DNA of 64,000 nt from Lingula anatina (Eukaryota > Animalia > Brachiopoda): positions 21,514,001-21,578,000 of the forward strand of contig CM120645.1 in assembly GCA_051362555.1 (NCBI GenBank), written 5' to 3'. Positions 24,887-37,067 of this stretch are shown piece after piece. Below the pieces are notes generated by a model. That model did not search any database. It had not been told where the DNA came from and saw only the letters and a program-made list of their open reading frames with translations. A program made the position numbers and the translations under genes. Each line of letters begins with the position of its first letter. Position 1 is the stretch's first letter.

Positions 24887-27800
24887 CTAAAGGGGTTTAA
24901 GGTGCTTTTTCTTCGATGAAGGGTTGAAACTTCCATCGACATCATCTAGACAGAAAAACAAGTTTATTTCTGTCTCTTTAGAAGTGATTTAATTTTATCG
25001 CAATTTTTGTTTGAGAAAATCAATATTCAAATGTCTTAGAAAATTTCTTCTCATTAAAAAAAAATTAAGGTTACAATTTGATAGGAAAGCTCATTTGGTG
25101 CCAGGAAAGCATTGTGGATCACAGGACATTGGTTTACTGTTATCTTTTTCAAGTTAGTCAAGCTTAGAATCTTAATATTATTTGACTTTGCATTGAATTT
25201 GTCATACTTTCAAAAGTTTCTTAATCTAAGAATCTGTACAAAAGTCACTTTTTACAATAATTGAAAACTTCAAGTGAAGCAATGAAATTAATGTCTAGTT
25301 TTAGTCAGTACAGTGCATGCTGATACACCCGTTGTTTTCTTTTTTTTTGGATTTCATTTTTTTTCATTTTCTTTCTTTTTTTTTGTATTAAAACAGCTTT
25401 CCATAATTATGTGTTGGACCACCCACCATTCTGAAGTTTGGTAGGCTGGACAAGTTCAAGGTCATCCAGCAGACAGGGCTCGTCTGCACTCCAGGGACAC
25501 ACCAACCACTCCCCTTTCTCCTTCTTCAGCCCAAACAGGACACCTTCTCCGGACTTCTCCACGAACACTCGGCTGTTGTCTCTGAACTCCACATGTTCAC
25601 CAGACTGGACTGAAACAACAGGAAAGTAATTCCAGGTCATTAAAGACATTCAGTACAGTGGACTAAGGGGCCATTCCCACAGATATATGGATCGATCTAT
25701 CTCACTGGGGAGTCTCACTAAATTGCTGTCAACTTGACCGACTTAAACGTACGTCACGTCTAGTAAAACTGTTAGGAGGTAATTATCTTTACCCCTAGCT
25801 GATTCGGTAGGCGTGACAGACATTTAAGCCTCTTAAGCTGATAGCAATTTAGTGTGAACCCCCAGTGAGATAGATCGATCCATATATCTGTGGGAATGGC
25901 CCCTTAGTCCAGATGGATTGATCTAAGTACTAGTATGGGAACCCAACCTAACAGATCCCCAGATCAAATATGGCTTGTTGCATAATCCCAGTGGGAAATC
26001 TATTCTGTGTCTCATCAGGAATTAAATGCAAGCTTTTTAGTGGGTCGCCATATTTGATCTGTGGATCTGTTAGTCTGTGCTCATAATCTTCCATTGCCCT
26101 ACTAGTAATTATTTCACTTGTACAATATATGTATAATAATTATTATACAATTTTTTAAGATACTCACTGGTGTATAAATTATGTTAATTCCCATGTCATT
26201 TTGACATCCAATGTGCTGTAATGACACCAGGTGATATTAGTGTCACCTGAAGACCTTACTTCCACAACAACAACAAAAGTAAGGAAACTGAAAGCATTAC
26301 ATGTCATTTGATACTGTTCTGTCTAAAAGATTTACTACCTCTAGGGCTAGTCAATGCTGATTGAAAGGTAACACAACACCTGGGGCTTATTCCGGAAAAA
26401 AAGGAAAGTGAAACAATCTGGGACAGTGATACAGGCCCAGGACAGACAAAAAAAAATTGTATGTCATTTTGGTCACCTCCTTGGATTCCTATGTTAAGGT
26501 TACAAGTAGAGGAGAAAACTGTGCACTACCTCATAATATTATGAATAGTTCTGTACTTCAATGATATATAATATGAATTACTAGATTAAGGGGAAATTAA
26601 TTAAAATGACCTTCTCAATTTTGGATCAGCTTAAGTACATGCAGCTTTTATATAAATACAAATTTTAATAAATAAATTATTTTAAAACATTCTATATACA
26701 TGCTTAATGCATAGCAAATGGCTTTCTGTCAGTGATTCTGCTCATCTTCACATACTTTCAATATCATAAATAGTTATGAAAGGTCAGTACTAAGTTATAA
26801 TGCCTTCTTTAATATAATATGCTTTATATTACTGTTTCAGAAACTATTACAAGGTCTTTTCCTTCCACAGAAAAACATAAATAATTCTCTTTTTAATTTA
26901 CCTTTTTTTCTTGGCAGTTTTTTAAGAAACAACCTCTTAATGATAGATTTCTCCATGTTGATATGAAAAGCATCTGAAAACCACTTCAACTGAATCAGTT
27001 GGAAATTACTCATATCTGGGAAACAAAAATTGCAATCTCATAAAATATCTCAGTCTGTGACAAATTTCATGATCTCATGAGCTCCAACCACTTTGCAATT
27101 TTTGGAAGTAACCACATTTTATAGCATGAGACACATTGATCACAGCTTAACAGTGCATTTTCTTTTTTCTCTTCTTTTTTGCATTTTAAATTTAATTATT
27201 ATCGTATCTTAATAATTTATACTGCTTGCTAACCTTTTTTAAAAGGGGTAACAGCTCTTCCTAAGATATTTAAAATGCCATAATAAATACATTGTAAACA
27301 ACACACAGAAATATTATAAACCAAAATGAAAGCATTGCTATTTACCTGAGGAAAATGTTTTATGGCACTTTTCCTGTGAAAATGAAGAGTTGTTATCTCT
27401 TTAAGCAAAGACATCTACAAGATAGATCTACAAGATCATATAAAGCAAAGGGGCTGCAAATGCACAGTATGACTAAGTGTCATGGCAATGAAGACGAATG
27501 AAGTAATATACGTACATGAACTTCCTATATCACATCATAGAGGACTGACTCATACAACATCTGGGTCAGTTACTGTAAGGGATTTTGTATTACACAGAGT
27601 CATCTGCTTGTCTATAAGATACATCTGATTGTCTACCAGTTAGGCCACCATGAAATTAAGCACTTGCAAAAAATAAACCAAAAATGGACTTCTGCATGTG
27701 TGAGGTAGGTCAAATAATGGTAATAATTATATCTTTCCTGCCAGGAAACGACCTACTGCCGAGAACATTTTCATAAGTTGCATTGGCAAATATTTAATAT

Positions 27801-29701
27801 TATTATTATTATGTGGGGGGGGGGGGGGGGGGTCTAGCAAATCTCTCTTATAAAAAAGTCTGTTCATACCAAGAGAGAGAGTGTATGATTTCATGGTGAC
27901 TTAACTGGTAGACAAGAAGATGAATCTTACCTTACTGATGGCTCTGAGAGGACACACTTTTATGGAAAAACTGGTTGGCTTCACAAGAGTGTGCAAGTTG
28001 AAGAGATGAGAGATAACTAAAGACGATAATTTGAGATGGTGAATGTGGGAACTGGTCGTCATTTTACACTTTTTGAGCCCTTTAGTTTCATGCGTTAGCA
28101 CAGCGTATGTGTTAAAAATCATCAATAGGAAACTCCCCGAGTTATAACACATACATTTCATCCCACATTTTCTACCAAACTTGCCATCGATTCTGACCCC
28201 CCTCTCCACCAAAATACTGTGAAATCTTGATTGATATTATGCTAAGTCTGAAGACTTTAGGCTATCTCGGATTATCCCCATTGGTGGTGACTGTGCAGTG
28301 CGAGCTCACAAGTTTCAGGTACAAAGCCAATTGTGACAGAATGGCATAGTTTGAAAACTGTACAGATATTGTGGGCGGTACCATGGGCACTACCTCTACC
28401 CAGCAAAAACCTCCCTCCCAGGCACTGAGAAACTAGACAGTATGCATGCAAGTCAATGGGAAATTGTCTTTGCCAAAATATGAGACAAAAGGAAAAACCA
28501 CACATTTTTCTTTTATTGCCTGTAAAAGCTTGCCCGTGGTGGGGACTTGAAATAGAATGAATCTTCAATTTTCCCAGTTATATGAAGCAAATTTCTTGTC
28601 ATAATTTGGGCAGATGTATTATGTAATGCTCGCCCCTATTTAGGTAGATCACAATCCGCTAGGGGCGCTACAGTCGTAACTGTCCACGGGCAGTGAAGTG
28701 TTAAACTGAAGTCGGCCTGCTGACAGTTTGCCTATGGAACCCCTTTTTTAAATCTCTCTTTTAGCGCTGCGTAAAAAAACTAATACAAGCCATTAACTAA
28801 ATAAGTTGTAAATCAAAGAGTAAAATCCGGTCACATGATTTTCCCATGTTGCAGTCTTTGACAAGTTTCGGTTCTGCTTGTTTTAAGTTTTGCCTCTACA
28901 AAATGCTAAAAAATTTCAGGTAAGTGCTGGTATCATCTTTTTGAAATTTATATCCAGCAAAGTTTATGAAATTTGCTATATTATGTAGAAAAATCATGAA
29001 ATTTGAAGGTTGCGAAGTATAGTTAATTTAATCCGCAATATTACATGATGTGAAAATTACCACAGGGAAATAGCTCTGCCCTGATTAGTCACAGGCTATG
29101 TGAGCCAGACAATAGGCTGAGCACACAAAGACACACAGGGTGCTCTGCTGCGCCTGAGTGATCATTGCTGGTCAGTGGGCACAGGTTTTGAGCTGAGAAG
29201 TGTGGACACTTTTGGTGGATTTTTGCAGTTAAAAAACTTCAATATCTTTGTTGCTTGTAGGAATATTTAAAAAATTCCAAATGATTTCATCCGGTTTTTG
29301 CATTACCTTTCAGATGATATAAGTATTTTAATTTTCTGATCAGTTTGAAAATTTTTCTGATATACCTACCCTATTTTTTTCCTTTCCTCAAATTCAAACG
29401 GCAGGCAACGTCAAAATTAAAAGTTAAAAGCCATAAGTAATCTATATCATTATGAGACTACGAGCAGTCCCTTTACACGGTCTTGTTCAAACATAACACC
29501 GACACCGGTTTGTTTGGTTTTCTTGTCAGATAAGAGGTGTCATGTTAATCACAAAACAGTGTCACTTCCAGAACGGATCCAGGATTGTTTATCCACTTGC
29601 TTACCTAGCCACTGTTCATCTTCCGCCTCCGCCAGAGACACTCCCTTCCCTGTCTTCAAGTCAAGGATACATTCCGCGTCTCTGAGCTGCTCAGAATCCA
29701 T
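24887..29701 (-). CDS. Small uncharacterised protein, about 150 aa; exons 29701-29605, 27015-26902, 25609-25427, 24945-24887 (separate gene or short isoform of gene A)
   Basis: ATG, three phase-1 GT-AG introns, open frame MDSEQLRDAECILDLKTGKGVSLAEAEDEQWL|DMSNFQLIQLKWFSDAF...|VQSGEHVEFRDNSRVFVEK...GEWLVCPWS...|DDVDGSFNPSSKKKHLKPL*, and minus-strand AATAAA at 24650-24655. Confidence 0.7.
25667..25903. mobile_element. MITE family 1 (PIF/Harbinger-like), copy 1
   Basis: Long TIRs GGGGCCATTCCCACAGATATATGGATCGATCTATCTCACTGGGG; internal similarity to the copies at 54630 and 56675. Confidence 0.85.
25932..26086. mobile_element. Short inverted-repeat element (MITE-like)
   Basis: CTAACAGATCCCCAGATCAAATATGGC (25948-25974) is inverted to GCCATATTTGATCTGTGGATCTGTTAG (26047-26073); outer ends degenerate. 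Confidence 0.6.
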
Positions 29702-32046
29702 GATTCTAGCAGAAAAATGGATAAATATTTCGTTTCATTTTATCTCGACTCCTCTTCCTTTTCCATTTTACCGTTTCTGTACTTCAATGCAAAAGAGGTA
29801 AGGGGTTGAGCTCGACTGTGTTAGGAGATTTGTTTTGAAACTTCCCGGGAAAATTAGAGGAAGGCTGAGACAACGTGCAACGCAAATGCGATTTTCGTAA
29901 GGTTTTTCAGTTTATTATGCACTTGACATCCATGTTTGAATATATTTTAAGTGCATTCACATAAAGTCTTAATTCTAAACTAAAGCAAGCATATATAATT
30001 TAATTTTTGCATAAGTCAGTAAGTTAAGTAAAATACTGTAGGCTAATTAAAAATCCAGTGCTGCATCTCACTTCAGCGATGATTATACCAATCTTATTTA
30101 TTTAAGGTGGATATTAAATCATTGCAATTATTTATCATTATTGTGGGGGGGGGGGGTTATATATTTTCTTTGAGGGAGTTTAATTTAACATGTTTAATTT
30201 AACAGTCTAATTTAACGTGTTTTTTAAACTACTATTGCATGTAGTTGACACTTCCAACTACCCCCAAGACACACTCAAACCTCCTGACATCCCTTTCCAC
30301 ATAGGCTTCAACATCAATTCTTTTCAAAAACACCAGCATTTTTTTTTTCTTTCTTACATGCATACTCCTGCAGTATTGAAAATTCTTCATGATTCTCTCA
30401 TTCTTTTAAGTATCTCCTTCGGGGGATGGTGATGGGAAAACCAAACATCTTTCAACCTTTCCTGATGTACACTGTTAATGATATTTTAAAAAGATTTAAA
30501 AAAAAAAAAATTAATACATGTACTAGTAAATTTATTTGTAAAAAAAGACAAACATGAGTAGCTTGTTTGTGAACAATGCTGTTTTGTATGCAGTGATCTT
30601 TATTATTATTTTTATTGCTGTTGATTGGCTTTACTTTGTATAGGTAAAATTCTAAATAGTTGACAATGGAATAGGAATAACAGCTAGTATAGGTGGAAGT
30701 GACAACTAGTCATAACAATAACAATAAACATGAGGACGCATTGCTTTGGGTGTTTCTGGTCACATATTAGGTAAACAACAAAACAGTGACCCAGTCACCT
30801 TATACAATCCTCACATGCAGGCTAAGACTTTCTATGTGTGTTGTATTATATATGGTAAGAGAGGACACACTTTTATGTAACTTGACCTAGCTAGTAACCA
30901 TGTTTGACACAGAGGGGCACTACTGTAGCAGTGGAACATGTACATGTACACAATACTATTAAGTCACTGAAGATAAAATATGGTGAGTTTTGTAGTGATT
31001 GTATTACAGCATCTTAATTTTTGCAATCAAAATTACTAACTAAAGTCTTTTATTTTAGTGACATACATTGCCTGTTACTGCCTGTTAAATTGTCTCCAGC
31101 ACAATTGTAGACCTGCAAATCCCTTTTGCTGTGTTATGGTTGCATAAACAACATGTACCTGTAGTATATACAAAATCTTAAAAAATTAATTTACATTTAA
31201 ATACTAGTATTTGTCAGTAATTAAGCATGTAAACGAGTCACTCTCTGCAGTAGTTATATGTACATGTAGCTGTGCCACAGGCGTGCCTGTTGTTGTCCTG
31301 CATTGGTATCTTTTACTTAAACTGATTATATGATAAAGGTTTCGCAGAGGTATATTCATGTATAACGGTTCTCCCTGCACTAAAATATAGGTTGCCAGTA
31401 TAGCGTATACAATTAAATTGAAAAATGACAAGGACACTGCTTTCCCCTAAAATCATGCGGATTTTACCATTATATATATGCAGTATTAAACTGAGCAGGT
31501 GCCAGGTAATTTCCTCACTAATCAGTCTTCAGAAAAAAAAAAAAAAAAAAAAAAGATTCTAGAATAGATTACTGCTGCAGATAATATATATTATAGTATT
31601 TCAATTTGATGTCTGATAGTCCTGATATATGAGTGCATGAAGGAACATTTGCTAAAGTTAATTGGAATTTATATATACGTGTTTGTTCTTCGCTCATTTT
31701 AGTCTATTCATATCTTTGTTAAGTGAATTGTTTTAATTGATATTTTTATTTAACATTTCATACTGGATACTTACAGGAAAAAGGTAAGTAAAAGTTAATG
31801 TTGTCATCCCAGCATATTTTATCTCTTTCAAAAAATTATATCAGTTGAAAAATGAAAAATAAATCCGTGAAATGTCTAAATAAAATCAGTTTGATGGTGT
31901 CAGATATTTACTTTTTTCTTTTATTTTCTGTGAAAACAGAAGGGGATCATTTACTCTTGCCTGAAATAATTTGTCAGACATGTAGAAAATTTATGGATCA
32001 GAATTATTCATGAAGAAGAACAAACAGACACACTGCTATCTTTTTT

Positions 32047-32050
<4 letters not shown>

Positions 32051-32112
<62 letters not shown>
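32051..32112. repeat. (TA)n microsatellite
   Basis: Direct reading. Confidence 0.95.
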
Positions 32113-32115
<3 letters not shown>

Positions 32116-32203
32116 AATATATTATTTCAACTTTCATAGTATTCTTTGCAAAGAACCTCTCACCAGAGTCAACCAACAGGAACCTTAGGAAGACACATCC
32201 AGT

Positions 32204-33937
32204 ATGTCCGACATGTCTGACATAATGGAAAGAACGCCCAAACGCCCAAAGCGTATTATCACAGAAGTCACCGAATCCTGCAGCACCAACAGTACAGAGA
32301 TAACCGAGACTTACAGGTCGCCTCGACCGCCAAGAGGAGATGGTGAATCAAGTAGCCGCTACTGGAGAGAAGGGTGGTCAGGGTTTGACCGCATGAGTCG
32401 GTGGCAGTATCCGGCCAGTGTGACCAGTAGCTCTGGGATTAACATGTCATCCTCCCCTGATGCCCAGCTGCTAGACTTAGACTATGACTTAGTGAGACAG
32501 CTTCAGACGCCAGATCAGGTGGGGTGGGGTGGGGGCGTTGATTATAGAGAGAGCCATTTTAGTAAGTTTTAACTTTTGAATCACTTTCATAATGGAGATG
32601 GAGGCTGGCAAATAAATTTTAATTATGTTGATAAAAATAGAAAATTCAGCATGCAAAAGTGGGAATGTTAAAAAAAAATTCAACAATTTTGGATACTATT
32701 CGGTTATACTTTGGTGAATAAGGCAGAATTGTTAATTTTTTTTTCTTTTGATATATTTGTTAGACTTTAATCCTTCAGATAATATTTCAAGGGCATTTTG
32801 CAGTTTGTTAATAAAACAATAATTATTAATACCAATATGTTGTAATTACAGATAGCCAGTATGGCTTCATCTTATGTCAACCAGCAGGTTCTCTTGCACA
32901 GTCACTGCCGCCTGACCACCCAGGAAATGGACCAGATTGTGAGAGTCATGCAGGTATATTAGGCCCCATTCAGATCGAGAAGAGCCGAGTGCTAGCTAGG
33001 CTGCGACCTAAATATGGCGGACCTACATGAAAGGAAGACCGCTTTATCCTGTAATGGTCCCTCTGCCTCTCACACGCCTCCCCACGCGTCGTCCCGGCAG
33101 GGACACAGTAGTTAAATCACGGCTCAATTCAACCGGTCGAGGGACGATGCGTTGGGAGCCGTGTGAGAGGCAGAGAGACCATTATAGGATTAAGCGGTCT
33201 TCCTTTCATTTAGGTCGCGACCTAGCTAGCACTCGGCTCTTCTCAATCTGAATGGGGCCTTATAATATATCTCACTGATGCGCTGAGATTCACAGGTTTT
33301 GGATAAACTGCATGAGGGTGATTTACAGTACTAAATTCTAGTAGTTGAATGGTGAGGTTTTATTATTTTGATAATAATTGCTGTTGCTGGGACAGGGATG
33401 TATATGATAATTTTTAATTAGCAATTTGCAAAATGATCCTTTTTTATTTTATTCAAAGTCTGATGAATTCATTCATTTTGAGTCATTTATGCATCCATTA
33501 TTTCTTAATAGTTGATTTAGTTGTGCATGCATTAATGAATATATTATGAATTAAATGATTGTTATTAAGTAATTATATAAATTGATACTTCATATTAGGT
33601 ATTTATTTATTTTTTATGTTTAAGTAAGCAGAAAATATGTGTGCAAATACCATTTTGGGGGGATATATGATGTGACTGAACTGTGTTTCTTTCAGTTATT
33701 CTTTCTGATAAACATCTGGTTGGATTTAGAGGCTATGATTTACATATATTATTAAGTACCCCCATGTATCTTTAAATTGGTCTTCATTTCAGGATGTGGC
33801 CATTCTTGACCGTGATATCCTGCTGAAGTTTATAGTAGAGTATAACAAGTGTCTAAATCAGTATGCCTCCACCACTGCCTTGCATGGCCCAGTGATTAAA
33901 CTGCTCCTGGATGTGCTGTTGGTCTCTTTGGTATGAC

Positions 33938-33971
<34 letters not shown>

Positions 33972-34050
33972 GTGTTAGTGTGTGTGTGTGTGATTAATTT
34001 TTTTTTCTGTGTGTGTGTATGTGTGTGTGTTTGTGTGTGTGATTAATTTT

Positions 34051-34098
<48 letters not shown>

Positions 34099-37067
34099 AG
34101 AGGGTATAAATGATAAATGTATTCAGGACAAACAATCTTTATATTATCAGTATCAGTTTGGTGTCATTTAACATGTATTTCTGTTTCTCACATACCTTAA
34201 TTTATTCCTTAAAATTCCATAAGTAATGAAATAATATGTTGAAATTGACTGGAAAATCCTTATCCTAGTATTGGAGTTTCGAGGTAAAACAATGCATTCT
34301 TAAAAGAAACTGTTGCTTACACTTTTATGTTTTCACTTTGTTTTAATCTTTATAATTTTTATCATTTATTTTTAGGACCCTGTGGAAAATGTAATTGTTT
34401 GTCTTCAACTGCTTAGCATATTTGGTCAATTTACTCAAAACCTGACTGTCATGATTGAGTGTCAAGTGGCGGCCACAGTTATGGGTGTCATGGCGGTCCA
34501 CAGCCGTCACGCGCTGGTTCAGCATCATGGCTGCACCATATTGGCATACATTGCCACATATCAACAACTGCCAAATAAAAAGGTAATATTTTGTAATATT
34601 TGTTCTTCATGACAACAAAGAAAATAATGAGCTCATCAATTGTACTACGAAAGAGGCTTTAATAATTTCTTTAAATAAAAATAGAAAAAAGATTTTTTTT
34701 TATTTTGTGGGGGGGGGGTTCAATTCATGATTCACTGTATTTTGAAAATTAATAGTCTCTAATTGAAGGGCATTTTTAATACATCAAAGTTTGCAAATAG
34801 AAAGAGTTACCAATTATATTATACCTGCTAATTCAAGAAACTTAATTACATGTCTATGGATTATTTCCGACATAAATCACAGGAATGTCATTTTGTTCAC
34901 TACAAGTGATACAATTGAATTAAACTAGCTCATGGTTTGGATTGATAGGTATTATTTGATCAGAGTCAGTTTTTTGTGAATTAGACCTAAGTCCTGTTTA
35001 TTTCTGGTAAATTCCAGCCAGCTGTTGGGGAGAGTGGAGCAGAATTACTGTTACGAGCCATCAATGGACACAAGAGTAACCTGGATGTAGTGCGGCCAGC
35101 AATTAAAGCCCTGTCAAATGTCACCTCTAATTTGACATCGGTGACGACATCTTCACCCGCACAGGTGCTGGGCAAGGAAGGTACATGTAAGTGCATGTGT
35201 GTGTGTACAGTACGTATGTACGTGTCTCAGCTGATGTGTGTATGTGTGAGTGCATGTTTGTGCACGCGCATGTAAGTGTTTGCATGCTCATGCCGTACGT
35301 ACTGTAAGTGTGTATGAGACCAGTCACCTCTTCCAATATATTCAGTATTTTTATTTAATTTAATTGACCTCAAAATTCAAACCATAAACTCTGTTGACAG
35401 AGTTTTCAATTAAATGAGTTTGTAAAGTGATTTTAGGCACATTTAGTCACAGTGAAATTTCATCACAAATCAATACATTGCAACTTTTTACATATTTTTA
35501 TTCTACTCAAACTGTGAGTAAACCTTTTACGGCAAGTGCTATTTTTGCGTAAGTGTACATACATTTTTTAAGCAAAGCTTTGTGGTTTTTGCATGAGGAA
35601 ATTTCCTGCTGGCAATTTCCAGTATCAGCAGGATAATTATGATGTGAACAGTGAGGAGGAAAGAACATTTTTTTTAAATACAGTTATGGCATTTAAAATG
35701 AAGAGTATTGTTGATCAATAAACAACATTCAGTAAAAGACCATTTGCAGGGTGAATGTCCTAGAATATAAAAGTCCAATTTCAATACATTTCAATTAATA
35801 ATCATTTTTCTAATTTTAATATCAATTGTCAGGGCAAGAACACACAGCAGAATCGGAGGGTCTGGAATCCTGCAGTGGCCATCTTGTCATTGACTACATC
35901 CAGTCCTTCGTGCTTCCCGTGGTCGAGGAGATGATGCTCAGGCACTGCTATGACCCAGTAGTGCTAGGAGAGGGCAACAAGATGAGGACAGCTCTTAAGA
36001 GCAACAGGTATGCATTTAGTGTAGACAATACTTGATTTTCTTAGTAAGGAGAGTTTGCATACATATAATTATTTGTACAGGTATGTATTAGAATTTTATC
36101 ATTATTAACTGCAGTATGCCATTTGATAGGTCAAAAATTTATCTTAAATTGTGGTAGTTGTGGCATGGAGAAGCTTCTGCATCAAACATCACCTTATAAC
36201 CTGAATTATTATTATTATTATTATTATTATTATTTGTCTCTAGCATACCTTCTTAAGCTGTTTTTTACTTGGGTATTGGCTGAAATTGGTGTAAACTTTG
36301 CTTAACTTAAATGGTTATGAAAAATTATTATTAACATATAGATTTACTTGATGACATACTAAAAGATTTTGATATTATTTGATTTCATATTATTTTTCCT
36401 TTTAATTTTTTTTCCTTTCACAAGTTCCTCTAATTCAGAAGAAGATGGCAATTATGGTGGAGAGAGTGCTAATGATGACTCAAAGAAATGGACATTTTTC
36501 AAATGGAAATCGAAGTCGGATGTCAAATCATCACCCTCATCCAACAGCGGTCGTATCCGTATCAAACCGCCCGTGTCACCACCAAAAGGAACATCAACAC
36601 CATCTAGTGCCCGTAAAGAACAGTCAGTAGGCATCAAAAAGCAAGAGCCAGATACTTGGCGAGATGATTTTGAACTTAGAGATCTCACCACAACGCCCCC
36701 TAGAGAAGGAAAGAAACCTAATCTTGCTCGTTTGAATTTACAGAACAAAGCCAGTGAGAATAATAATGCTTCTTTTCAAGAATGTGGACAGTCGAGTGTT
36801 TGTTTACAGCCAGGAACCTGTTATTTCAGCCCCACGGTCCAGTCTCCTCAATCATCAGTGTATACGGTCTCGTTCAAGGGAGTCCCTGATTTCACTGCTG
36901 CGGCCCCCTATGCAGTTTTGAATGAATCTGTCCTATCAGAGGATAGTCTGCCTCCCCCCAAGTTTAAGTTTAAAAAGAAGAAATCTGGCCCAGTTAGTGG
37001 TTGTATTAAGTGCTTGTCTTTTTTTCCACCAATCAGATGGTGTTTGTGTAGCTCAGTCGTACGTTAA
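32204..37067 (+). CDS. Uncharacterised armadillo-like repeat protein B, paralogue of gene A, about 580 aa; exons 32204-32518, 32852-32953, 33793-33930, 34376-34582, 35018-35180, 35833-36007, 36425-37067
   Basis: In-frame stop upstream of ATG 32204; phase-consistent introns; exon-by-exon similarity to gene A (DPVENVIVCLQLLSIF...AATVMGVMAVHSRHALVQHHGCTILAYIATYQQLPNKK). Confidence 0.85.
32962..33259. mobile_element. Foldback MITE, PIF/Harbinger-like
   Basis: GGCCCCATTCAGAT...ATCTGAATGGGGCC ends, arms complementary over more than 100 bp, TTA direct repeat at 32959-32961 and 33260-33262. Confidence 0.9.
33938..34095. repeat. Interrupted (GT)n microsatellite
   Basis: Direct reading; includes a duplicated gattaatttttttctg spacer. 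Confidence 0.9.

Noticed and set aside
26168-26246. Minus-strand exon-like segment with a GTGAGT donor
   Set aside because: Stops in all frames from the candidate acceptor; not needed for the gene model.
27901-28212. 103-aa minus ORF with a strong AAG|GTAAG donor at 27931
   Set aside because: No phase-compatible acceptor or recognisable protein; it might be a non-coding alternative exon.
28620-29460. Repeat-like intronic segment
   Set aside because: Could not define termini, TSD or coding remnants.
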